A stretch of 64,000 nt of DNA from NCBI GenBank assembly GCA_043228905.1, contig JBHGNT010000005.1, positions 8,494,001-8,558,000 of the forward strand, read 5' to 3'. Both the position numbers and the translations under genes were made by a program. This DNA is from Azolla caroliniana. Its lineage: Eukaryota > Plantae > Polypodiophyta. The notes beneath the pieces were generated by a model, which was not told the origin of the DNA, ran no database searches, and worked only from the letters and a program-made list of their open reading frames with translations. This document shows, one piece after another, positions 35,801 through 50,353 of this stretch. The first letter of the stretch is position 1; every line of letters starts with the position of its first letter.

Positions 35801-37526
35801 GTTAAATATGTTAAATACTAAGAATACGTGTAGAATACTTGTAAAATACGTTAAATACTTCTTAAAATTTCAAAAAAAAAAATTCAAAAAAAAGAAAATA
35901 TTTTTTGAAATGATAAAAACTTGTTGAATACGTTGGATACGTTGAATACGTCAAAATTTAAAAATCTACAATTCTAAAAACGTAGAATACGTGTAGAATA
36001 TTTTAGAGTATTCTAAAATGTACTCTAAACGTAGAATACACGTTTTTTAACAACTACGCTTTACTCGATTGGGACAATTGATTGCAATATGTCCAGGACC
36101 CCCACAATACAACGATTTGCTTGACGTCTTTTCTTTTCCTCATCTGATAGCAGTCCTCATCTTCGTGTTGCTTCAATCTCCATTGGCGTAGGCACATCCG
36201 TTGGAGTGATGTGAGATGATTGCCTAGAAAGTGGTCTTGCTACAACTAATGCATAAGTGGGCTCTAATCTTGATCGCACCATAAGTTGTTCCCGCTCGGA
36301 ACGCCTTTCAAACAATCTATTGTCACATCTAACCACTCTACTTATTGCCTTCGTAAGTGATTTGGGATCATCCCGAAAAGTAAGAAGAAAATCCTTGACA
36401 TCATTGTGAAGGCCATATCGAAATTTTTCCATTAATGCTTGCTTGTCCCACGGAATATCAGATGCGAGAAGATGGAAGTTAGCAGCATAGGCAGAAGTTG
36501 GACAATCCCCTTGTCGTAGCCTACGGATCTTATTGATGGTTGTCCTTGCACTGTCTGTATCTCCAAAACATGCTTTGAATTCCTCAATAAAAGCTTCAAA
36601 ATCATCTAACAATGGAGATTTTTGTTCTAATAGTGGTGCAAACCAAGACAAAGCTGAACCGCTAAATATAGTGCCTATTAGTCCCACTCGGGATGCTTGA
36701 GTTGGATAATGTGTCGGGTGCATTTGAATTACTAATCGTACTTGATTCAGAAGGCCACAAAATTGCAAGTGTGTCCCATCAAACCTTGCTGGAAGACTTA
36801 TCTTAGGTTCCTTAAAAATGCCTTGAGTTTCGACTGCTTGTTGTTGTGAAGAAGTTAGCGCCATCTCTAATTGTTGAACCCCCTCCTCATATTGTCGTAC
36901 ACGTTGCGTCAATACTTCATCATGTTGTTGCTTCTCCATTGTGACTTGTTGTAGATCTCCAAGTAGACGTTGATTCTCTTTTTCAAGTGCCACAAACTTG
37001 CCTTTCAAGCATTCAAGTTCTGATAGGACAAATTGATGTTCCTCAAGGCTAATGGGAGCTATTAGAGTGTTAGGAGATTTTGGGTAAAGGAGAATTCCAG
37101 TTCAAACTATTAGCACACGGACAAGAGAAAAGGATAGGGATATGTAGAAGAAGCAGAATGGAGATATTATTATTATAAAGAGAGAATATGCAACTAATAG
37201 TTAGCACGAGAACAAGAGAAAAGATAGAGTTTCTTGTCGAAGCGGAATGCTGAGATATTTATTATTATAAAGAGAGAATGTTACAATTAGAGAATTAAGA
37301 GAATGACTGATAATGTAGGCTAGACAGCTTGAGACTGGACAGTGTTGAACCGGAATAACTTGAAAATAGTGAAGGGCTTCAATTTATAGGAGTAGGTGAT
37401 GACACATGCAAGAGCAAGCAATGCCACGGGCCATCCCTTCATGGGTTTCCTTAAATGTTCTAGAATGTTCCATAATGTTCCAGAGTGTTCTATAATGTTG
37501 TATGCATACATCTCTTAATAATGACA
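32856..37526 (-). mobile_element. Decayed chromovirus-like (Tf2/Tcn1-type) Gypsy, 3' end deleted
   Basis: gag EPKISLPARFDG...PMEI plus CCHC; PR ALLDTRAN; RT PWGPIY, MPFGLTNAP, YLDDLLIYS; RNase H SDHKNL; INT HDT..GHFG..FWWP; the integrase core stops at the MITE; LTR-like region 37235-37526 ending TGACA with a minus-strand TATA. Confidence 0.85.
35695..36058. mobile_element. hAT-type MITE with degenerate 8-bp TSD
   Basis: TIRs CATTGTTGTAAAA / TTTTAACAACTACG; flanks CTTTGGTC/CTTTACTC; removing it plus one flank copy restores gag CPNRVKHQVNQI in frame. Confidence 0.75.
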
Positions 37527-37550
37527 TGAATTATTATCACATAATCTAAA

Positions 37551-37615
37551 TGACCCAGCGGGTAAGGTGCTATGAGATGAGTGCCAAGGTCAAGGGTTCG
37601 AGGTTTGGCACGACA
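37551..37615 (+). other. tRNA-derived SINE-head-like segment
   Basis: A-box-like TGACCCAGCGG (37551) and B-box-like GGTTCGAG (37595) at tRNA-like spacing; no full cloverleaf. Confidence 0.3.
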
Positions 37616-37622
37616 AGTATCA

Positions 37623-38131
37623 TATGATAGAATAGACGTTCGGCCACAACCGAGTTGAACACTCAATGGAAGATCTAAACAAAAAATGGAGACTAAATTT
37701 ACACTTACACAAACACCAGAGAGGACACATGATGTTTACGTGGAAAACCCTAAATGGGAAAAACCACGGGAGCCCAGAGACTCCAACTATCACTATGAGA
37801 AGAAGGGTACAAGAGAGACTCAGAGGCAACGATCTCGAGCTCTATACTTTCGCCAACCGACAGTTACAACAGAAAGGCTTTCTGTATCTCCCCCCCCCCC
37901 CCCCCCCCCCCTCTCTCTCGCTGCAACCTCTGTACAACAATATATCGACGCACACATAAAGTGGTTGCCCTAAGTCATATTTATACTTATATGACTTTAG
38001 GACTATTTACAAATGTGGACATGACAGGCACACTAGAAACATATTTACAGATATGTCCCTGGATCTGGTTCATCCAGATCCATCTGATCCGTTTCATCCT
38101 GATCCCATCTGGAGGGACCGAATTCCCAACA
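37623..38131 (-). repeat. 5' LTR of the outer Copia (LTR-A)
   Basis: Aligns with 11195-11698; ends CCCAACA followed by TSD GTTCA; left boundary uncertain by ~2 nt. Confidence 0.88.
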
Positions 38132-38679
38132 GTTCATACTATGATTGGGACTCTATGGGGGGGAGCAGAAAATGGACATCTATCTAGGAATGGACGTGAT
38201 GTGTTTGTCATTCTTGAAGCAAATTCGGAGTATGAGACTGTAACAAGGAATTTTGTGGACTAGAGCAACCTAAAACTTTGAGTAGACGAGCAGGGCCGCT
38301 AGACGACGTGTAACATTAGGAACGGAAGGATGAATGTCTGAGTACACCAAGTGTGAACAAGTGACACGTGTCATAAATCCTGAGGCATCCATGGGGCACT
38401 TTGAGATGGCGAGCGAGAGACAGGGGGGAATCTATATTGGGATGACCAGACTCCACTACAACAACCTTTACTATGAGTATGACAATGAGACCATGAGTCT
38501 GACTACATGCATAACGATCAGCCACTAGGAATGGGCATGATGTGGCATTCCCTCCCATCCATACCATTCCATTCAATGACACTTGATAATGAGGTCTCGG
38601 GCATCTGAATGAATGAATTGGCACGATGCGTCATTTGAGATAATGTACGGATGAATGAATGGGCATGATGTGTCATTTT

Positions 38680-38720
38680 GAGAGAGGTAAAGAGAGAGAG
38701 GTAGGAGGGAGAGAGAGAGA

Positions 38721-38782
<62 letters not shown>
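38680..38782. repeat. (GA)n microsatellite
   Basis: Read directly. Confidence 0.95.
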
Positions 38783-38785
<3 letters not shown>

Positions 38786-41700
38786 GCAAAGTTCGGAGAT
38801 GTTGGAGAAGGACAAACACTAATTTTGATGTATCTTCTTGCTACGGTGTCCATTTCCTTTGTTCTTTAGCTCGTTTCAAAGCTTGCACATAGAAATTTCT
38901 AAAGAGTATCTGCATGTATCATTTGGTGGCCTTGGTAGAACGTTATGAGTAAAAATTCCATTCGATTGCATGCATCTCATGATCGCTTGCTTTGATTCCT
39001 TCTCCAACACAATTACTTGTAAGTGAGCTCTCTCCTATTTCTTGTCATATGGATGGTAGTGTTTTCATGAATATGGATGAGTCTCCAAATTCTTCAAAGG
39101 ATGCATGCATGTTTGAGTCAGTATTAAGCCCAAGAGGGGATGGTAACAGAAAATGATGTATTGGAGATAATAGTAATGACATGTCTTATGCTGATGCAAT
39201 GTGACAAGATGATATTGAGAAAGATGATAGTCATTGGGAACATTTAAGATGCATGACAAATATATTAATGGAAGATTGTATAAGGGAGAATGTGAAAGTT
39301 GTTGAGGAGTTTGTTGACGATGAAGTGGCTAGGGTAGAAATAGACAATAAGGAGTTTTTGGGCTCATTTGCTAATTTTTGTGATAAAGGGGTCATATTGT
39401 TTTTCACGGGAAAGATACCTTTCCTTTGGAGGGTCAAACAATGGTTATGTGGGATTTTATAAGTTGATTGTGTTTAGGATGTTTATGCTGGTCCTCGTAG
39501 ATTTTATGAGGTTGTTTTGGTATGACAAGAGTAGAAAGAGAAATTACTCAATAAATTGCCAATTTTTTATGAGAAAAGTTTGGTTCATATTGTTCCGTGG
39601 AGACCACTAGTGGAATACCAAGGTATATTAAAGCAAGAGTGTCCCGTATGGGTTGAGGTAGAGTGCACATATTCAATGGTTTGGCCAATATTACGACTAG
39701 CGATGGAAAAGTTGGGAAAGATCTTGGTGCCTCCTAGTGCTAATGCTCAAAATCGATATTGGATGTGTTTTCTTTGGAATACTGTTATAAAGAGGCCAAG
39801 TTGTTTACATACTGCATGCTCTGGTATGCTGCCTATGTATTTTCGGCTTAAATGGGGTACATTTGCAGGACATTGTTTCCATTGTGATGTGTTGGGGCAT
39901 TTTATGGTTGAATGTCCTCAAAAAAGAAATAATGTAGTGGAAGTGGTACATGAAGAGCCTACAACTCATGATCAGATTCAAGCTTTGACAATTTCAGAGC
40001 AAACAAAGGAACCACAAATTGTGAATGAGAATGATGAAAAGACTCTAGAGGATGAAGGACAATGGTCAATAGTTTCTGGAGAGATGAAGAAGTCTAATAA
40101 AAATGTTGGGCATAATGTATCTATGGAGAAGGTCACACTAACACATCCCATGCGGAATAAACCATGGACTCGTCAAGAGGACTATCCAAAGAAATTATCA
40201 TTTAATAATAACGGTAATTTGTATGTTCCTTGGAATAAACGGAAATCGGTGCCTCGTTCACATCAGGAGCCATCAAGGTCTAGAGTTTTGCATTCCCATA
40301 GTAATTCATATGCAATTTTAGGGGATTTATTTCAGGATATGGCAGAAACATTAGTAGTGAAGGAGAAGGAGATTTCTTGAATGAAAGGAAAAAATAAAGT
40401 ATGAAGATCACCACATGGAATGTGAAGGGATCCGTCTTCTAGATTTAGAATGCATGAGGTTTGGAGGATTGTGTTAAGTGAGCAATGGGATGTTTTATGT
40501 GTAGTAGAGCATAAAGATCATCGTAATGTTGGTTTAATTAGTTATTCTAAGGGTTATACATTATGTTATGCTGGCAAGGTTCATGGGGATTATTCTGGGA
40601 TTGTCATGTTTATAAGAGATAAGTTTCACCCAAAGGTAATTGTTTCAGATGAATTTGGAAGATTTATTGTGGTAGAGATATGTTATGAAGGGCAAGCTCT
40701 TTGGTTAGTTGGTGTTTATGCATCAAATGTTTCCCAAGAACGAAAGTTGTTATGGAGATCTCTAAACTCAGTGCTTTATAATGGTAGACCGAGTTTATTG
40801 ATGGGAGATTTTAATGTTTGTTGTGAGATAGATCAATCAACATCCATCTACTCTATTATGGATGGACCAGAGGCTCAAGAATGGGGAGATTTTGAGACTG
40901 AAGTCATGTTAAGGGATGTATGGAAGTGGATCAAGGGAGATGAACCTAGTTATACCTTTTAATCGGCTCAATATAAGGATACTTGGAGTAGGTTGGATCA
41001 AATGTATGTAATGCATACCGAAGGTTTTTTACCAGAGATTTTGGATATTTTAGTGTCTTATGGGTCAATTATATCATATCATTTCCCATTAATTTTTTAG
41101 TGCAATCACCACTCAATTAGAGGTTTTCATGAGTTTTTAGGAAAACCACCGTTGATTTTTAATTCATCATTTTTGGATCATGAGGTCTTCCATGCCTATA
41201 TGTGTCAATTGATTGATGCATTTGCCTATCGTGTTCAATTTGATGGGTATGAAGCGTGGGAAGTATTTGTTGCAAATGTTCAGAGGTTAACTAGATATTA
41301 TGGAATTCCCCATGCTTTTAAAAGGAGAAAGAAATTAAGTCTCCTAGTTAATTTGCTTGATAAATGCAACTCATTGTTAACTTATTGGCCAACGGATGTA
41401 GAGTTGATGGGATATCAAGAGGTATTAATTTCTACGATGCATGACCTAACGACAAAAAATTATCAACATGCTAGACTAAATTGTCTAAGACAAGAAGTGG
41501 ACGATGCTAATTGTCAATCACGTAAGTTTTTTCATGACCTTCATGAATCACATGCATGACATAATGTGGTAAGGTTAGAGGAAAATGGTATCATGTGTTC
41601 CAATCCTCAAGAAATTGTGAAGAAATGCATAGAATATTATACACAATTGTTGGATGTATAAGTGTGTATCGATGATAATGTTAAAAAGGATAGAGATGTA

Positions 41701-42882
41701 TTTTTTGATGTATTTTTTAATGGAGTGAAAAATCATGTATCGCATGATGTGGCACAATCATTAGATGCTAATATTTCAGAGGATGAGGTGAACATGTCAT
41801 GTCACATCTTGCTAATGATAAGAGTCCTAGGTGGGATGGATTAACACATGAACTCTTTAAGAAATATGTGATTAAGTAAAAGAGGCCTTTTACAGTTGTA
41901 TTTCAGAAGGTGTGGACATCAGGGGAAATGCCTCATTCTTGGAAGATTGGTTTGATCAAGCTTTTGCCGAAGGTGCCTTCTCCATCTTCCTTTGCTCATT
42001 GGAGGCCTATTTCATTGATGGGGGGAATGTACAAGATTTTTGCAAAAGTGATGGCCAATAGGTTGCATAAGGTTTTACCTTCTATTATTCATAATACTCA
42101 ATATGGGTTTTTAGCAAAAAGAGACATTTTACATAATATTTTAAATGTTCAAATGGCAATTGACTATGCAAAGGAGTCTAAACAAGAATTAGTGTTGCTA
42201 CAATTGGATATCGAGAAAGCCTATGATAATGTGGATTGGTCATTTATAAATCAATTGATGTCTCATATGGGTTTTGGTGATCGTATGTCTAAGTTGATAT
42301 ACACATTAGGGGAGGGTTCGGTTTCACATGTGATGTTTAATGGAGGAGTAACACAACCGATTTCTATTCAGAGGTCAGTTAGACAAGGATGCCCGGTAAG
42401 TCCTTTACTATTCACTATTGTGACACATCCTATTCTTGTTAAGTTACATAATATGGCTATGGAGGAAGAATTGCTTGGACTAAGGTTGCCATTAGGGAAG
42501 CCATGTATTGTTCAAGCTCTCGCAAATGACCATATTATGTTTTTGGCACCTAATCAGGAAAATATTAATAAGACAAGAGATGTGTGGGAATTGTTTTCAA
42601 ATGCTTTAGGGCTGAGAATTAATATACATAAATATGTCCTCATTTCATGTACAGAACAAGATGTGTTAAGGTTGAGGTGGTCATGAAGGATAGTACATCG
42701 TGGTATGATTTGTCGTCATCTTGGATATCCAATTGGGGTGGAAGTTTCTCATGTGAAACTTATTGAGTGGGTATCCAAAAGGTTGGAGGATAAGTTTATG
42801 TATTGGAGGTCTCAATTTTGGCCTTTTCATGTACGACTGTAAAGAATCAAGAGATGGATTTTGTGCAGCGGAATAGATATGA

Positions 42883-42967
<85 letters not shown>

Positions 42968-44814
42968 CAAGGAGTAAGACACAGAGTATATGCAAGTTAG
43001 ATTATATTAACAAAGGAGAAAGACTCAACACAATACGAGGTGGGAGGAGGGTGCTTTATATAGTCACCCTCTCTCTTCATTAACTACAAGACTCATGGAG
43101 CATGGGGAATGTGAAAGCTCATAAGTTATGTGTCATAGAATATGATTCTATGACTCATACTAAATGCTAGAATACAAAGTGGTGACATAATGGTGACTCT
43201 TGACCGTTGGAGTGTCTATTCACTCTCAAGGTGAGTTCACACACTAGACCAACTTGAGCTTGATTCTCAACAACGACTTAAGGTGGTCCAATCTATTATG
43301 GTCTCTATGGTATCTTATTATCTTCCTTTGCTCCCATGGTCAAAGAAAGCTCTTGAAATGTTGTCACGCTCGATGCAAATGTTGTTATGGAAAAGAAAAG
43401 GGAAACGTGCCTTGTCATGGTTGGCATGGGATCATGTTTGTACTCTGAAGCGTCTTGGTGGGGCATCAATATTGAATCTATATGAGCATATGGTGGCTCT
43501 TCGATTTACTTTCATTCAATTCATGTTTGAAGGTGTACAACCTTGGACAGAAATGGTGGCATACTTTATAGAGAAGAACGGAATAAAGCTTGGAAACATG
43601 AAGGTTGAAGCAAACTGGTGGAATGTAATTAATTCTGATAGGGATGTCAAATGTACAAGGTCTATGATAGTTAATCATTTGTTGACATCTTGGCAAAGTA
43701 TGTTGGATTTTGTGGAATGGCATCCCCCCACAAGAAAGCGGATGTGCCAATTCATTACAAATGGAGGTTTTGGCAACATCAAGGTTGTTGAGGTTGGAAG
43801 GTAAACAAATTCTTAACCTTCAATTTAATCGGATGGCTAGATTGGGTTTGGTAATAGTTAAGGATGTTATGTTGGTTTCACAAAGAAGATTAATGGCTTT
43901 TCGAACAATAAGATCAACATTTCATATTCCAAAAGGTTATAACTTTATTTGGGATAAGTTGCAACAAATACTATCTTCGCATGAGCCAATTCCTGATTTA
44001 GATGGGTGATCTCAAGAGCTTGATTGGAGGTTAGTTGGAAATAAGAGATTGACTATAATCTCAACGAATGTTGCTTATCACAAGTTCATTGACAAACATA
44101 AGTGGTTGGAAGAAAGGGTTATAAAGATATGGGGTTTTCATAAGCCCATTACTTGGTGGTTTCATGTGATCAAGGCAGGATGGTGTTCTCGATTGATGCT
44201 ACAAGCCAAGGTATTTATTTGGAGAGTTATGGTTGGAGCTTTACCATTAGGGGATGCATTAAAAAAAAGAAACATTACTAAAGGATTGTGTTTCTTTTGT
44301 TCGGTGGAATTGGAACATAGTAGGCATCGATTTATTTCATGCCCGATGGCAAGGATGGTTTGGAGGTGTATCAGTTTAGTGTGGACGTCTCTAACAGGAG
44401 TAAGTCTATCTTCCTTCAATTGGTTTTTTGCACATATGGAGAACAATGAACCGATGCCCCATTTTCAAATTATTTTTGAGTTCTTGAGGTATTGGGGGCT
44501 ATGGTTCAATTGGAATATGCGGAATGCCTTCATTTTTTATGCGCAAGTTGGGGTGAGAAAATATGTTCTAAAGTTAAAAGGACTTCTTTTGTGGCAATTG
44601 ACAGTGCTAGAGAAGTCACGAAATCTCAACCAGGAAGAGAGAGAACTCTCCAAGGTCACATATCATCATACTCGCCATTTGAATTGGTGTGTAGGGTGGC
44701 ATTGAGTTTGGTGTCGTAGTATTCTTTAGATCCCTTGATAGAAGGGTTCTATACTTTGTAGTAAGTTAGTTATGGTGGTGTTTTATTCTTTCGTAATGAA
44801 AGCCATTATTTATG

Positions 44815-44817
<3 letters not shown>
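38783..44817 (+). mobile_element. L1-type LINE #1 (ORF1 zinc knuckle; ORF2 APE-RT-zf), pseudogenised
   Basis: ORF1 ~39253-40380 with CFHCDVLGHFMVEC; ORF2 from ~40402 MKITTWNVKG, LMGDFN, WRPISL, QLDIEKAYDNV, SVRQGCPVSP, ALAND, CFFC..HRFISC; 5' boundary approximate. Confidence 0.92.
42838..43272 (-). mobile_element. Solo LTR (Copia-type, related to LTR-D) inside LINE #1 ORF2
   Basis: TG...CA with perfect TSD ACGAC (42833-42837 / 43273-43277); LINE #2 shows the empty site catgtACGACtcaaagtg at ~48904; carries (TG)n(GA)n. Confidence 0.93.

Positions 44818-44818
<1 letters not shown>

Positions 44819-44854
<36 letters not shown>
44819..44854. repeat. (GA)n microsatellite at the LINE #1 / LINE #2 junction
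   Basis: Read directly. Confidence 0.95.
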
Positions 44855-44856
<2 letters not shown>

Positions 44857-47800
44857 AACAGACAGACAAAGACAGAGAATAGTGTTAAAATATGTTTCTG
44901 ATGTAACTTTGTCCTCAAAACTCCGTTTTTTATAATTTTTGGCTCGTTGCGAAGCTCGTTCAGAGGGCTTTCCAAGAATTATTTGGAAGTTACGTTTTTT
45001 TATCGTTACAAGAAGATACAAACAAAAGTGTCATCATCTCAAGTTAGTTCTCTCAATCTCTATTAGGATGGATGACACAACAGGGAGTTGATGATTGTTG
45101 ATGGATGTGGCAGTGATGATGGTTATGAAAATTACAAGAGGCAAAAGTGTATTGATTCTACAAAACATGAGAAAACATCATATGTTGTTATTCTTAGTGG
45201 GAAAGATGTTATTGGAGATGATTATGATATTGACAATCGTTGTGATTTTGTTCAGGCTTTGCTTTCCGATTTTATGGAAAAAAATGAGAAAGATGCTAAA
45301 GATTGTGTGGAGGAGGATGTTGTCGAGGTGGTGATGGAGACCAACTCTATGTTAGCAACTTTTGATAGGTTCTATGATTGTGGTGTTATTTTGTATCTCA
45401 ATATCAAAGTTCCTTTGGTATCATGGATTAAGCAGTGGCTGAATTCATTCATAATGCCTAATTGTGTTGAGGATGTGTATGTGGGTCCAAGAGGTTTCTA
45501 TGATGTAGTTTTTCGATCATCAGAACACCGTACAGCTTTGATGGCAAAGGTACCAATCTTTTTTTATAGAAGATTAGTGCATGTGATGGAATGGGTTCCA
45601 GTGGTGGATTATAAAGATTTATTAAAACAACAATGTCCAATTTGGGTGACCGTTGATTGTAGTAACTCATTCTTTTGGGATTTACTACTAGGATTGATGT
45701 CCCAAATTGGTAAAATTTTGGTTGCTCCTCATGTTAATTCGTTGAACAAATGTAGATTTTGCATGTTATGGGATACAAGTTGTAAACTTCCAGGATGGTT
45801 GAGTATCGATACATCTTGATTTGGTCGATTTGATTTTAAGCTTCAATGGGAAACTTTTGCAGGACATTGTTTTAAATGTGGTAAATTGGGGCATTTTATG
45901 GCTGCATGCCAATATCATGGTGAACTATCCCCAGAAAATAATGTCAAAGGGAAAAATAAGGAAGATGTTGAGAAGGATATTGTCTCAATGGTTGATATGG
46001 TCATGGATGAGGGAACATCTCATGGGTTAGAGCGAGATCCTAAAGTTCATGGTCATGTTAGAGGTGTTGGGGAGGAGAATGGAGTATGTAATAATGATGG
46101 CTCAAATGTTGAAGATGGAGAGTGGCATCAAGTGAAGCATAAGATAAAAGGGAACAGTGTTGCCATACAAAGGGAATCAAAAAATACTTATGGTACGACA
46201 TTACCAAAAGATAATTTGAGATTGAAGGAGGGGTTTAAGAAAAATCCTTGGCAGAAACAAGTGTGAAATCAAAGATTGTCCAACCAATTACAATTCGATT
46301 CTTTAGGAAGGGTGGTATGACCTCAATTAAATCAAGGACTTCGTTCTCGTGGAGCTAGACAACAAAACCCTAATATTGGTGGAGGGGATGTAGTACACAC
46401 AAATCCTTATGCAGCTCTTGAATAAGTAGTTAGTACATTCATTAATACACTTGCTCATAAAGAGCAAGTTCTTACCAAAAGTGTTAAATGAAAGTGGTAT
46501 CATGGAATGTGAGAGGTGCATCTTCTCCTCATAAGAAATATATATTATGGAAAACTTTATTTGATAAAGATTGGAATGTTTTATGTGCAGTTGAACATAA
46601 CTATCATGATTTAGCAGGATCTGTGTTACATTTGCATGGATATTCCGCATATTATGCAGGACAGTTATCACATCATTACTCAGGGGTTGTCATGATTATT
46701 CGTGATTCGTTTTGTCCACATATAGTCTATAATGATCCATATGGACATTTTTTAGTGATGGAAGTCAAGTATTTTGAGGATTTGATATGGTTGGTAAGAA
46801 TCTATGCACCCAATAATGCTAATCAATGCATTGAGTTATGGTCTTCAATGCATCCACGGTTATTAGTGGGACGTGTTGGTTTGTTAGTGGGTGATTTTAA
46901 TATGTGTGTTGATGCTTCACAATCTACTTCACGATTCTCATTGATGGATTCTTCTGAGCAAGCAGTTTGGGACAAATTGGCATCAGAGGTTTTGAAGTTG
47001 GATGTATGGAAATGGTTGCATCAAGATGAGGTTGGGTTTACATTTCAGTCTATGCAATACAAGGAAACATGGAGTAGGTTAGATAGAGTGTATGTTATGC
47101 ATGATGAGTCCTTTTTGCCAAAGATGCTTAATATGTCAATTATGCAAGAGGTTGTGACATTGGATCATTTTCCCATATGTTTTGAGTTTAATAAACATGG
47201 GGTAGATATGTACAAAACATTGCTTCAACGAGTTCCTTTGAGGTTTAATTCGTCTTTATTTATTATATTCTTTATTTGATGCCTATATGCAACAAATTTT
47301 TGGCATGTTTTCAGAACAAGTTATTTCAAAAGGATGACATTCATGGGATACAACACTACAAAACATCAATGATATTCAACGTATGTATGGTATGACTAAT
47401 GTTGAAAGACGTAAGAAATTGATTTATAAGTTTTCATATATTCTTACGCGGTGCAATGTACTATTGATGAATAATCCACATGATGAAGAGCTTTTGGATG
47501 TTCAAGTTCAAGTACATGACATTGTGAAGAGTTTGTCTTGACAAAGTTATCAACATACAAGACTACGTCAATTAAAGGAGGGATTTATAGATAATCAATC
47601 ACAATCTCATATGTTTTTTCAAGGATTAAGACCGCCATATTCTCGTTCAAATATGGTACAAATTAAGATAGGGGATGACATTGTTGTAGACCCAGTCAAG
47701 GTTATTGAGTTATGTATTAGTCATTTTAAGAATTTGATTGGGCTAGAGTTGATTATTAATGAGGATGTCTTGAAAGCACGACAAGAGTTTTATATTGTAA

Positions 47801-50353
47801 TTGGGAGTGCCACAAATACAAATATTTGTCAAGAATTCGATGTTGATTTTGAAGAAGCTGAGGTGGAAAAGGTATTGTTACACCTTCCAAATGGTAAAAG
47901 CCCTGGCTGGGATGGTGTTACAAATGAAGTCTTTAAGAAGTATGGTAGCGTGCTTAAGAGTTCATTCGCACAAATGTTTCAACGATGTTGGAATTCTGGT
48001 TTCATGCCTGAGAGCTGGAATGTGGGCTTAATCAAATTGATACCAAAGGTACCATCTCCAGAGTCATTTCATCAATAGAAGCTTATTTCATTGATGGGAG
48101 GGTTGTACAAAGTGTTTGCAAAGATATTATCCAACTGACTTAAGAAGTTCTTACCTCAACTTATTCATCCATCTTAATATGGTTTTATTACAGGTAGAAA
48201 TATATTGCATAATGTTTTGAATGTTCAAATGGCGACCGATTATGCTCAACATACACATCAAGAAATGGTTATGGTGCAATTAGATTTGGAAAAAGAATAT
48301 GATCATGTTAATTGGTCTTTCCTCTCAGGTGTGATGTATAATATGGGGTTTGGTCCACGTATGTGTCGACTTATCTTTTTGCTAGGGCAAAATGCAAACT
48401 CCCATGTGATGCTTAATGTCGGAGTCACTCTGAAAGTGTTTCTTACTAGATCCACGTGGCAAGGATGTCCACTAAGCCCATTATTATTTGCTATTGTTAC
48501 ACATCCTTTGTTAGTAATGTTTTCAAATATTGCGGCCAATGGTGATATTGTGGGTTTGCATCTTCCTTCTGGTGGACAATTGGTGGCACAAGCATTGGCA
48601 GATGATTCTTTTATGTTTATACAAGCCTCAAAAGAAAATCTTAAAAGGAGTATGCAAGTTTGGGATCAATTTGCTTTGGCTTCAAGGTTGTATATAAATT
48701 GGAGGAAGTCTCGCCTTATTTCTTGTACAGAGAGTGATTTGGAATGTTTGGGATGGCAAGGGTCAGTGATTACACGAGGTTCAATTTATCGACATTTGGG
48801 TTATCCATTGGGCATTGATGTCACAAATGTTCAATTGATTGATTGGATTGGTAGTAAATTGAGGGGCAAATTTATATACTGGAAGTCTCAATTATGGCCC
48901 TTTCATGTACGACTCAAAGTGTTGCAATGTATCTTGATACCCATGTTATTATATTTTTTGCCTTTACTTCCTTGGACTAACAAGGCATTACAAAGCATGT
49001 TACAACCTATTCGGTTCATGTTGTGGCGGAAGGGAGAAATGGTGGGAGTTACATGGATTTCATGGAACCATTTGGCTACTCCTAAAAGGTTAGGTGGTGT
49101 AACAATATTGGATTTGGAAAGGCATTTGATGGCTTGTAGATTTACATTATTATGAGATATATGTCAACAAGATCAACCATGGATATCTATGATGCAATAT
49201 TTTATTGAGCACGAAGGATTGGTGCATGGGAAAACAAAGATTCAAGCATCATGGTGGTAACTACTTAATGGAAGTATTCCTCTAAAGATTCGACATTCTG
49301 TATGTGGACAACATTTGGTAAGGTCGTGGCATGATGCATTATCTCTTTTTGAATGGGGACCATCAAGTGATCGAGAATATTGTAATTGAGTGTTGTTTTG
49401 GCATGGGAAAGAGAAGTTGAGATCTCAATTCAATCGTTTATTTCGATTGGGGATTGTACATTTGGAAGATGCGGTTTATAATGAATCTCAAAGGTTGTCG
49501 GATTTTGAAGATGCCAAGAGATGGTTATGTATTCCCCCAAATTATGGATTTATTTGGGAGAAATTACATGATATACAATTGTTGCAAGGATCTTTGCCAT
49601 TGAAAACCAATTTCGCACCTTGGATAGATTGGCGATTACAAGATGGTACACGCTTGTTATAGGTCACTACAAATATATTGTATCATCATGCAATGGCATC
49701 ATTATCTTGGCTATCTTCTAAAGCAACAAAGGTGTGGAATGTTTATAAGTCAGATGCAAGGTGGTGGAAAATATTACAACGTGGTTGGCATTCCCATCTA
49801 CCATTTCGTGCAAAGGTATTCATATGGAGAGTCATGATTGGTGGGCTCCCATTAGGTTCGGCCATAAAGAGACGAGGACTAGTACCGTTCCATTGGAGGA
49901 TAGTACACATAGGTTCATTAAATGTCCTATAGCGTGTACCATTTGGAAGTACTTATCCGACATTTGGCAAGTTTTAACCCGTTGTTGTTTGAGACCTCAA
50001 CAATGGGTTTTTTCTCAATATGTTCAAAATGGATCAAATGATGAGATGGAGATATTGTTCCAATTTTTACGTTATTGGGGTCTACAACACAATTAGAATA
50101 TGTGTAATGCTTTCATGTTTGATAATAAACATGGGGTGAAAGCCTATATAAAGAAGCTTACAACTATTCTCATTTGGAAGTTTTGGATGTTAGAGCATGT
50201 GGGGATCATTTCCTCAAATGCATATTCAGGTTTTTTAGTAGCATTACAGAACGTCCCTCTCCCTACATAAGCATATGATGGCTAGAGGAGACTAAGAAGT
50301 GTTTATAACTAAGTGGATTTTACATACAATTAATATAATTGTGTGCTTTTACC

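Larger units (their letters stand above)
11195..38131 (-). mobile_element. Outer Ty1/Copia element (Tnt1/Tork-like) expanded to ~27 kb by nested insertions
   Basis: Homologous LTRs at 11195-11698 and ~37623-38131; identical 5-bp flanks GTTCA at 11190-11194 and 38132-38136; minus-strand Copia pol pieces adjoining the left LTR and PPT. Confidence 0.75.

Noticed and set aside
38518-38892. SLSLSL, RERERE and CVCVCV/THTHTH ORFs (also at 1200, 42681-43083, 44766)
   Set aside because: Translations of dinucleotide microsatellites.
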